From contig JANOEP010000067.1 in NCBI GenBank assembly GCA_031441465.1, forward strand, positions 1 through 12,041: DNA of 12,041 nt, read 5' to 3'. A model generated the notes under the pieces. The model saw only the letters and a list, made by a program, of their open reading frames with translations, was not told where the DNA came from and searched no databases. Numbering within the stretch: the stretch's first letter is position 1; each line of letters opens with the position of its first letter. This document shows, piece after piece, positions 1 to 6,851 of the stretch. The stretch is from a bacterium. Lineage in GTDB: Bacteria; Krumholzibacteriota; Krumholzibacteriia; LZORAL124-64-63. The translations under genes and the position numbers were made by a program.

Positions 1-841
1 CCTGCCGCCGCTTCGCCCAGGCGATCGTCTCGCGCCTGTGCGCCGCTGTGCCGTGGCGGATCAGCAGGTCCAGCAGGTTCACCTCCCACAGCGAGTTGTG
101 CTGGTCGCGGTGCTCCTTCCCCGGGGTGATCCGGTGCTCGATCTCACATTCTAGGTGTTCCATGGCTCGCGGGTACGCCGGGTGATCGTCGCTGCGGACC
201 ACGACCTTGTCGGCATCCCGGGTCACTACCTCGAGGAGCTCCGCCATGCCCTTGCGGACGGCCTTCGGGTCCGGGCGGCCCAGGGCCGCTTCCAGTTCGG
301 CTCGGCGCTGCTTCTGGTGCTCGGTCATTCTCCCCTTGCGGCGCAGCGGGCTGTCGGTGTGGTAGAGGAAGTAGCCGGTCTCGGGATCGACGGCCACGTT
401 GTGGTGGAAGGGGAAGTACTGGCTCCACTCGAAGGTCTCGAAGCCGTCGATGACGACCTCGCGAGTTGGGCCTAACTGCTGTAGTTGCTGGGCATGGAAC
501 AGCAGGCAATGGCGTCCGAGGCGGGAGGCCTGGTGTTGGACGGTTGCCGGGGCAACCCGATCGGCTCTGGCCGCTTGTCGGTTGCACATCGAGCCGACCA
601 GCAGCATCAGGAGGCGGGGCATCAGATCGGGGCGTTTCTGCCAGTAGGAGGTGGAGAAGGTCTGTGTGCTGAAGTTGCGTCCGCAGTGGAGGCATGTGAA
701 CCGCTGGATACGATTCGGAGCGCAGCGGCGGGTGAAGTAGCCTTTGCGCTTGAAGCGCCAAGCAGGGGTAACCTGTTGGTGGAACATACAGTCGGGGTTG
801 GGGCAGTGGGGCGGCTGCCAGCCGGGGGCGTCGGTGCTCAT
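1..841 (-). CDS. IS1/IS1595-like DDE-type transposase (Zn ribbon + HTH + RNase H-like core), 3'-partial
   Basis: Hand translation from ATG 841 is open for 280 codons to the window edge: MSTDAPGWQPPHCPNPDCMFH...RIQRFTCLHCGRNFS (CPxxxC...CxxC zinc ribbon), MCNRQAARADRVAPATVQHQASRLG (HTH-like), VVIDGFETF (D132), VRSDDHPAY (D218), and EVNLLDLLIRHGTAAHRRETIAWAK, which resembles the IS1 InsB C-terminal helix. It uses more A/T-ending codons than neighbouring genes. It is absent from the ORF track because there is no stop in the window. Confidence 0.8.
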   Translation of the reverse strand, partial: MSTDAPGWQPPHCPNPDCMFHQQVTPAWRFKRKGYFTRRCAPNRIQRFTCLHCGRNFSTQTFSTSYWQKRPDLMPRLLMLLVGSMCNRQAARADRVAPATVQHQASRLGRHCLLFHAQQLQQLGPTREVVIDGFETFEWSQYFPFHHNVAVDPETGYFLYHTDSPLRRKGRMTEHQKQRRAELEAALGRPDPKAVRKGMAELLEVVTRDADKVVVRSDDHPAYPRAMEHLECEIEHRITPGKEHRDQHNSLWEVNLLDLLIRHGTAAHRRETIAWAKRRQ

Positions 842-874
842 GTCCCTGGCGCGGCAACGACCGCGCCAGGGACA
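841..874. repeat. Perfect 14-bp inverted repeat (hairpin) overlapping the transposase RBS and start codon
   Basis: TGTCCCTGGCGCGG (841-854), loop CAACGA, CCGCGCCAGGGACA (861-874). On the minus strand the 3' arm reads ...CCAGGGAC-A(TG). Confidence 0.9.
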
Positions 875-892
875 ATTTCACGACCAGAACCC

Positions 893-3800
893 CTACCTCA
901 CCAGCGTGAGCTTGCGCTCGGCAGATGACCCGTCCGGCCCGCGCAGGCGCGCCAGGTACATCCCGCTGGGCAGGTCGCGGCCCGCGTCGTCGTCGCCCTG
1001 CCAGACCGCCTCGTGCGCTCCCGCCGACACCGGGCCCGCGAGCAGCGTGCGCACGCGCCGACCCTGCAGGTCGTAGATCGCCAGCTCGACGCGACCTTCC
1101 CGGGCGAGGTCGAAGCGCACCGTCGTGCGCGGGTTGAAGGGGTTCGGCCAGCCGGCCAGCTTCGCGCCCGTCGCCGCGGGCGGGCCGTCGTGCACGCCCG
1201 TCACCGCGCCGATCGCGAGCGTCGCGTGGACGGGGTGCGGTCCGGCGGGGTCGTTCGAGACCAGGGTGATCACGTCGTAGTACAGGCCCGTCGCGAGACC
1301 CGCCGCGTCGAACATCGCCCGCACCGTCAGCGAATCGCCGGGCGCGACGGCGCCCGTGCGCGGGGAGACGCTGAGCCAGCCCGCCGTCCAGGTCACGTCC
1401 TGCAGGAGCAGGGGCAGCGGTCCGTCGTTGTGCACGACGAAGGACTCCACGCCCACGTGCGGCAGCACGGCCAGGGACGCCGGCAGATCCAGCAGGCCGG
1501 CGCCGGACTGGTTGTCGCGGCCCACCGCGCCGAGGTCCCGGCAAGAGGATTCGAGGGCCTCGGCCAGCTGCGCGGGGGTGGCGCCGGGCGAGGCCTGCAG
1601 GCAGATCGCCGCGGCGCCCGCCGCCAGCGGCGTCGCCATGCTGGTGCCCGAGTAGGCGGCGTAGCCCGCGGCGCCGATCGTCGAGGTGATGCCGTCGCCC
1701 GGCGCCGCGAGGTCGGGCTTGGTCAGACCGGGCGGGTAGGGGTAGTCGCCGTAGCCCGGGACCGCGAGGTTCCAGACGGTGGGGCCGACGCTGGAGTAGG
1801 CCCAGACCGCGTCGGCCGACGTCGTGGCGCCGATCGTGATGACGGCGGAGTGCCCGCCGGCGCCGTACCAGGGGTCGGGGCAGTCGCCCGGCGAGCTGAT
1901 GTCCTGCGGCACCGCGTAGTGGCCGCCGTAGTTGTCGCCGTTGCCGGCGGCGCAGAACCAGGGGATGCCCATCGCCAGCAGAATTTCGGCGTTGGCCCGG
2001 TTGCCCTCCTTCAGGTCGGCGAGCGGATCGCCCCAGCCCGCGCTCATCGTGAACAGGTCCACCGGTCCGTGGTCGAGGCCGAACTGCATCGCCTCGATGA
2101 GATCGGCGTAGGAGCCGGGCACCGCGCGCAGCGCCATGAGCGCGGCGCCGGGCGCGGCCCCGGTGCGGGTGCCCAGCGTGCCGTCGCCGACGACCAGGCC
2201 CGCGGTGTGCGTGCCGTGGTTGATGGTCGGGTCGCCTTCGAGCGGATCGTCGTCGTCGTCCACCGAGTCCCAGCCGTGGTGCGGCCACGCCGCGCCGCCG
2301 TCCCACATGTGGTCCGACAGGTCGGGGTGGTTGTAGCCGACGCCGGTGTCGAGGTGGCCGACGAGCACGCCCGTGCCGTCGTAGCCGGCCGCCCACGCCG
2401 CATCGGCGCCGATGCGGGTCAGGTGCCAGGCCAGCGCCTGCCGGGCGTCGGGTGTCGCCGTCGCGGTCGCCGGCCCGCCGTCCAGCGGTCCGCCGAGGGG
2501 TTCGCTCAGCCGGTCGTCCAGCCAGACGCGCCCGACCGCCGGGTGCGCCGCCAGGCGCCGCGCCGCCTCGGGTGTCGCACGCAGGGAGAGGGCGCCCGCG
2601 AGCCAGAGTTCGACCGCTTCGCCGCTGAGTCCCTCGCTCCGCAACTCCTTCAACAGGGGCTCCAGTTCGGCGCGGGATCGCGCCAGGTTCATGCGCAGGG
2701 CCGCGGCGACCGTGTCGCGACGCTGCGACTTGTCGGCGCCGTCGAGCGCCGCGTCGAGGGCCGTGCTGAGGGCGGCGGCGTCGATCCGGCGGGCGGGGAC
2801 GACCACGAGGCAGACCGTGCCGTCCGGCGCGGCGGTCGTCGCCGTCGCGAGGCGCTCGTCCAGCACCGGCAGGTGAACCTGCAGGCGGGTCGGCGGGGCC
2901 TCGGCGAGCGCGCGCGCCGCCGCCGCCCGCCGTTCCGCCACGTCATGGCGGATGCGGTCCGGCGCGACGCGCAGGCTCGGGTCGCCCTCGAGCCAGGTCC
3001 AGGTCCGCAGCACGGTGTTGTCGGCCTCGTCGTCCTCGGGCACCGTGTTGAGCGGGTCCAGGACCACGGAGATTTCGTGGGGACCGGCGCCGAGCGTCAG
3101 CGCGTGGTCTTCGACAGCGGCGTAGGTGGCGGCCGGCAGGCCACCCTCGATCTGCCAGGCGGCCGCGACCACGCCGTCGACCCGCAGCCGCACCAGGACG
3201 TCGGCCGCGGCGTCGGCCAGCCCGGAGTTGGTCACCGCGAAGCTCACGTAGGCCGGCCGATCAGCGGCGAACCAGCCGACCGTGCGCTCGCCGGGGACCA
3301 TGCCGCCCACCAGCGGGCCGCCCCAGCCCGAGGGTGCGAACGCCGCGAGGTTCGGCCGCACGGCGCGGTCGGCGGTGTAGACGTTGAGGCCCTGCGTCGG
3401 GTAATCGCGCCGGTCGATCCAGGCGGCGTGCAGCCGGTCGGCGCCGACGGCGCCCGACAGGTAGTGGAACTGCGGCTCGGCGTGGTTCTGGTCGCTGACG
3501 GTCTCGATGTCGCCCCAGTTGTCGGGGTGGCCGCGGCCGCCGGCTTGGCGCGCCGCGACGTCGAACTCGTCGCCGCCGGGAGGCGCGTCCAGCCACAGCG
3601 CGCCCACGACGCCGTCGCGCGCGTAGACGGTCGGGCCGACGCTCTCGTACTCGTCGGCGACGATCTCGTACGGGCCGTAGAAGGTCGCGCCGGCGTCCCA
3701 GGAGAAGCCGTAGACGACGTCGCCGTCGAGGTTGCCCAGGCCGTCGTCGAAGTCGTGCTGGTAGACGACGAACACGTCGTCGCCCTGGCAGGCGATCTGG

Positions 3801-4906
3801 GGGAAGCCGCAGCCGTTCGCGGTCCACGCCGACAGGTCGGTGATGTCGTTGAAACCGCCGCTGACGGCGTCGCTGCTGATCAGGATGCGGGGCAGCCCCG
3901 TGTCGAGGTCGACTTCGGCGTTGACCAGGTGGACCAGCCCGTCGTCCAGCGCGCAGTCGGGCCACAGGTCGGGGTAGCCGTCGGGCACCAGGTAGTCGTA
4001 GGTGACCGTCGTGCCGGCGTTGGTGGAGTACATCCAGATGAGCGTCCACTCCCACTGGTAGAGGTCCCAGTTGATCTCCTGGTAACTGGCCGCGATGAAC
4101 AGGGTCGCGAAGTCGCCGGCGCCGCTGACCGCGACGCTCGGCGTGGCGTTGGTCGAGTCGGTGAACAGGCCGCGCACCGCCGACCAGGCGGCGGGGTTGT
4201 CGCCGGCGCTGGAGCGCACGCGCACGATGTAGCCGTCGAGCCGCAGCCAGACCACGTGCAGGAAGCCCGCGCCGTCGATGGCGAGTTCGGGCATCGCTTC
4301 GTCCTGGCTGAACGACGGCAGATCCCAGACGGTCCAGGTCAGGCCGGCGTTCTGACTGCGCGCGATGTGGATGTCGCGGTCGGTGCCGCCGAGGTCCTTG
4401 GCCTCGAACACGGCGTAGAGCCAGCCGGTGACCGGGCTGACGGCCAGCGAGGCGTAGCCGTCGTCCATGCTGGTCGGGTTGGCCAGCTTGCGGTCGCCGG
4501 ACCAGGGCGCGTCCTTGTCGCCGCCGCGCCGCGCGGGCACGCCCGCGTCGGCCCGGTCGCCAGGCCTCAACTTGCGTAGTTCCTCGACCGGGAGCGCGGC
4601 CGGCAGCAGGGCCTTGTCCCGCGGCAGTAGACGCACGATGGCGCCGCCGGGCGAGTCTGCCGACAGGTCCACGTCGGGAAAACCGAGATGACGATCGTCG
4701 CGCTGGCCGGCCCATGTCCGGCGGGCCTCGGCCAACGGGGCGTTCCTGGATGCCGCCGGCAGTCGCAGCTTGCTTGTCGCCAGGAACGGCCGCTTCGCGT
4801 CATGGACTGGGAGGGGCGTCGGTTCCACGGCGGCAGCACCCGTGATCCAGAACAAGCCGATGGCGACGGCACCGAGCAGACAGGAGCGCACTGGCATGTC
4901 GAGCAT
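893..4906 (-). CDS. Secreted S8 (subtilisin-like) serine peptidase with BNR/Asp-box propeller-like region, CARDB, internal propeptide, Ig-like domain and C-terminal FlgD-Ig domain
   Basis: Catalytic triad HLDTG (D853), HGTHTAG (H897), GTSMATP (S1089); oxyanion motif AAGNG; KPDLAAPG. N-terminal signal peptide (LLGAVAIGLFWITGAAA). Asp-box-like SQNAGLTW, STNAGTTV and SWDAGATF. CARDB-like VTNSG...DPLNTVPEDDEADN. C-terminal WPNPFNPRTTVRF...IYDLQGRRVRTL...WQGDDDAGRDLPSGMY. The true start may be ATG 4897, which has GAGAGG 9 nt upstream. Confidence 0.95.
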   Translation of the reverse strand: MLDMPVRSCLLGAVAIGLFWITGAAAVEPTPLPVHDAKRPFLATSKLRLPAASRNAPLAEARRTWAGQRDDRHLGFPDVDLSADSPGGAIVRLLPRDKALLPAALPVEELRKLRPGDRADAGVPARRGGDKDAPWSGDRKLANPTSMDDGYASLAVSPVTGWLYAVFEAKDLGGTDRDIHIARSQNAGLTWTVWDLPSFSQDEAMPELAIDGAGFLHVVWLRLDGYIVRVRSSAGDNPAAWSAVRGLFTDSTNATPSVAVSGAGDFATLFIAASYQEINWDLYQWEWTLIWMYSTNAGTTVTYDYLVPDGYPDLWPDCALDDGLVHLVNAEVDLDTGLPRILISSDAVSGGFNDITDLSAWTANGCGFPQIACQGDDVFVVYQHDFDDGLGNLDGDVVYGFSWDAGATFYGPYEIVADEYESVGPTVYARDGVVGALWLDAPPGGDEFDVAARQAGGRGHPDNWGDIETVSDQNHAEPQFHYLSGAVGADRLHAAWIDRRDYPTQGLNVYTADRAVRPNLAAFAPSGWGGPLVGGMVPGERTVGWFAADRPAYVSFAVTNSGLADAAADVLVRLRVDGVVAAAWQIEGGLPAATYAAVEDHALTLGAGPHEISVVLDPLNTVPEDDEADNTVLRTWTWLEGDPSLRVAPDRIRHDVAERRAAAARALAEAPPTRLQVHLPVLDERLATATTAAPDGTVCLVVVPARRIDAAALSTALDAALDGADKSQRRDTVAAALRMNLARSRAELEPLLKELRSEGLSGEAVELWLAGALSLRATPEAARRLAAHPAVGRVWLDDRLSEPLGGPLDGGPATATATPDARQALAWHLTRIGADAAWAAGYDGTGVLVGHLDTGVGYNHPDLSDHMWDGGAAWPHHGWDSVDDDDDPLEGDPTINHGTHTAGLVVGDGTLGTRTGAAPGAALMALRAVPGSYADLIEAMQFGLDHGPVDLFTMSAGWGDPLADLKEGNRANAEILLAMGIPWFCAAGNGDNYGGHYAVPQDISSPGDCPDPWYGAGGHSAVITIGATTSADAVWAYSSVGPTVWNLAVPGYGDYPYPPGLTKPDLAAPGDGITSTIGAAGYAAYSGTSMATPLAAGAAAICLQASPGATPAQLAEALESSCRDLGAVGRDNQSGAGLLDLPASLAVLPHVGVESFVVHNDGPLPLLLQDVTWTAGWLSVSPRTGAVAPGDSLTVRAMFDAAGLATGLYYDVITLVSNDPAGPHPVHATLAIGAVTGVHDGPPAATGAKLAGWPNPFNPRTTVRFDLAREGRVELAIYDLQGRRVRTLLAGPVSAGAHEAVWQGDDDAGRDLPSGMYLARLRGPDGSSAERKLTLVR

Positions 4907-4935
4907 CCTCTCGGGAGCAAGGGTGTGACCCGATA

Positions 4936-4977
4936 ATTATAACATAGTATTTATTTTTGATTTTATATATTATTCAT
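4936..4977 (-). promoter_or_regulatory. Extended -10 promoter (TG-T-TATAAT) with upstream AT-rich tract for the S8 peptidase
   Basis: The minus strand reads ...AATAAATACTA-TG-T-TATAAT, with the hexamer at 4941-4936, about 30 nt upstream of the start. The tract is almost entirely A/T in an otherwise very GC-rich window. Confidence 0.7.
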
Positions 4978-5065
4978 GTCCTCACGATCCCGGCCGCTGC
5001 CGATCTCCAGATCGCGGCCGATCAATGAGTTGCACGGACCCGGCGCCCGAAAAGCCGCCATCTCG

Positions 5066-5088
5066 AGTGTGCCACACTGTGTTATCAT
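5066..5088 (+). promoter_or_regulatory. Extended -10 promoter (TG-T-TATCAT) with adjacent palindrome AGTGTG-C-CACACT
   Basis: TATCAT at 5083-5088 is preceded by TG at 5080-5081 and lies 6 nt before ATG 5095. The inverted repeat is 5066-5071/5073-5078. Confidence 0.55.
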
Positions 5089-5094
5089 GCCGCC

Positions 5095-6054
5095 ATGAAG
5101 AAGTCCGGTGATTTCGTGGGGATGAACCAGCCGGGACGGCTCCGCCCCTGGTTACGGGCAGCCGCGGTGGTGGTCGGCCTGAGCGTCTTGTTGTCCGGCG
5201 TCGTCGTCGCGGACGAGGTCTTCTGGCCCCCGTGGCTGCGGGACCGCAATGTCTCGGTGGCCTACCCGCCGATCCTGTTGGATACCGACGGCGTGGCGTC
5301 GCGCTACGGGAGGCCCGGCTACGAGGTGATCGCACTCGAACACCTGTCCGACGATCTCCTGGTCCACCTGCGCAACGACGGGAACCCCGCGCTGACCGAC
5401 CTGCTGGACGAGCCGCAGACCGCTTGGCGCCGCTCCCACGTACCCCACGCCCTGCCGCTGGATCCCCGGCTGCTGCTCGATCCGGACGGTTCGCTGCCGG
5501 AAGGGCCGGTCATCCGGCAGCGTCTCGGCGGACTGGGGCCTCGCGAGGCGACGCGCGTGGACCGCGACGACTCCTACATCGTGATGGGCGGGACGCCCGA
5601 GCAGCTCGCCCTGGCCCATCTGCTGCTGACCCTCGCGGCGGTCGATTCGGTGCTGATCTACCCCGGGGATGTCGAGGACTGGTGCTCCGACCGGCCGCGT
5701 CCGACCGTCCACGTCGCCGACACCGCGGAGGTGACGGCGGCCATGGCCGCGGACAGCAACCTCGTCCTGATCGACGTCCGCCACGGCACGGACTTCGAGG
5801 CGGGGCACCTGCCCGAGTCGCTCAGCCTGCCCATGCACTTGTTCGACGACGGGTTCGACGCCCTGATGGCCCGGGAGCGCCCCGACGCCTCGCCGGCGAC
5901 CACGCTGCTGGTGTTCCTCTGTTACGGCACCGACTGCGTGCGCAGCCGCGAAGCCTGCACGCGGGCCGCCCACAAGGGATGGCTCCATCTGTGGTGGTGC
6001 CGGGGCGGCGTCGCGCAGTGGACGGCCTCGGGCCGCGCGTTGACGAACGATTGA
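5095..6054 (+). CDS. Tandem rhodanese-domain protein (sulfurtransferase-like), probably exported
   Basis: Domain 1: WRRSHVPHALPLD...VLIYPGDVEDW. Domain 2: LVLIDVRHGTDFEAGHLPESLSLP...LVFLCYGTDCVRS...WCRGGVAQW. N-terminal basic plus hydrophobic stretch (RLRPWLRAAAVVVGLSVLLSGVVVA). Alternative start ATG 5122. Confidence 0.85.
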   Translation: MKKSGDFVGMNQPGRLRPWLRAAAVVVGLSVLLSGVVVADEVFWPPWLRDRNVSVAYPPILLDTDGVASRYGRPGYEVIALEHLSDDLLVHLRNDGNPALTDLLDEPQTAWRRSHVPHALPLDPRLLLDPDGSLPEGPVIRQRLGGLGPREATRVDRDDSYIVMGGTPEQLALAHLLLTLAAVDSVLIYPGDVEDWCSDRPRPTVHVADTAEVTAAMAADSNLVLIDVRHGTDFEAGHLPESLSLPMHLFDDGFDALMARERPDASPATTLLVFLCYGTDCVRSREACTRAAHKGWLHLWWCRGGVAQWTASGRALTND

Positions 6055-6069
6055 AGGTACCGAACGCGA

Positions 6070-6095
6070 CCGCCCGACTCCGTGGAGCCGGGCGG
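6070..6095. terminator. GC-rich hairpin between convergent genes (possible terminator)
   Basis: CCGCCCGACTC-CGTG-GAGCCGGGCGG forms an 11-bp stem with one mismatch that is a G-U pair on the minus-strand RNA. There is no strong U tract. Confidence 0.5.
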
Positions 6096-6117
6096 AAGAG
6101 TGGCCGTGATCTCCAGT

Positions 6118-6699
6118 TCAATGGTCGTATTGGGTTTTCACCTCGCCCCAATTCAACTGCTCGGTCGGGACCGGATCACCCGGGATGGCCCTGAGGTTCA
6201 CGCCGATCTCGTCGATGTGGCACTGCTGGCCTCCGATCACGACGATGTCGCAGACGCTGACCAGGCCGTTGCCGTCGCCGTCGACCCAGTCGTCGACGTG
6301 CCGCAGCACGCCGTGGTTCGGCGACACCTCGACCCAGGTCTCGCAGGTGGGGTTCTGGCCGCTGGGATATTCCGGCTGGAACGGTTCGAAGATGCCGCAG
6401 GTGAGATGGTAGGTCGGACCGGTCCACACGATGTGGAACCAGACCCCGTTGAGCTGGATGTAGTCGCAGCGGTCGAGCTGTCCGTTGCCATCGTTGTCGA
6501 CGTAGTCGTCCTGATGATAGACCTGCCCGGAGTGCGGGTAGAACTCGTGCCAGATCGAGCAGGTCGGCGGGACGGGCGCACGCAGCGGCCCCATCAGTTC
6601 GAAGTTGTACTCCGTGGCGGGTTGGGCCACGGCGTGGCCCGCTCCCAGCAGCAGGGCCGCCGTGACGATCAGAATGAAGAAGCGTTGCCGATGAAGCAT
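6118..6699 (-). CDS. Secreted hypothetical protein (193 aa) with two ~50-aa repeats bearing DxDGNG loops and a C-terminal WGxxKxxY motif
   Basis: Strong SD (GAGGAGGGAG) before ATG 6699. Signal peptide MLHRQRFFILIVTAALLLGAGHAVA. Repeats PTC..W.E..P..G...H.DD.VD.DGNG....CD. Ends PVPTEQLNWGEVKTQYDH. Confidence 0.85.
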   Translation of the reverse strand: MLHRQRFFILIVTAALLLGAGHAVAQPATEYNFELMGPLRAPVPPTCSIWHEFYPHSGQVYHQDDYVDNDGNGQLDRCDYIQLNGVWFHIVWTGPTYHLTCGIFEPFQPEYPSGQNPTCETWVEVSPNHGVLRHVDDWVDGDGNGLVSVCDIVVIGGQQCHIDEIGVNLRAIPGDPVPTEQLNWGEVKTQYDH

Positions 6700-6851
6700 G
6701 GTCTCCCTCCTCAAGCGAAGCGGCAGGTCGGCTCCGACACGGAGCGCGACGTCAGCATCCCGGTCGGGAGAATTCCCATCGGAATACTGGGTGTTGATGC
6801 CGGTCCGATCCTACACCTGCGGGAGAGGCTGCCGAGCGGAGAGTTGTTATT

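Larger units (their letters stand above)
1..892 (-). mobile_element. Probable insertion sequence (only the end upstream of the transposase is visible; boundary approximate)
   Basis: Transposase-like ORF with atypical codon usage starting 51 bp past the peptidase stop codon. The other end is outside the window, so terminal inverted repeats and target-site duplication cannot be verified. Confidence 0.5.

Noticed and set aside
542..557. Palindrome GGTTGCC-GG-GGCAACC inside the transposase
   Set aside because: Short, within coding sequence and compatible with chance at this GC content.
875..897. GGTAGGGGTTCTGG (minus strand) as an IS1-type terminal inverted repeat
   Set aside because: It starts with GGT like IS1 ends, but it overlaps the normal peptidase stop (AGG TAG) and the partner end is outside the window, so it cannot be supported.
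155..928. Plus-strand ORFs 155-475 and 485-928 with plausible-looking composition
   Set aside because: They are the codon-aligned antisense of the transposase, which carries the recognisable motifs.
144..2396. 750-aa minus-strand ORF spanning the peptidase and transposase
   Set aside because: Arg/Gly/Pro-rich out-of-frame shadow of two real genes with no motifs, as expected in high-GC DNA.
1013..4579. 1188-aa plus-strand ORF (and 3261-4715 minus)
   Set aside because: Antisense or alternative-frame shadows of the S8 peptidase.
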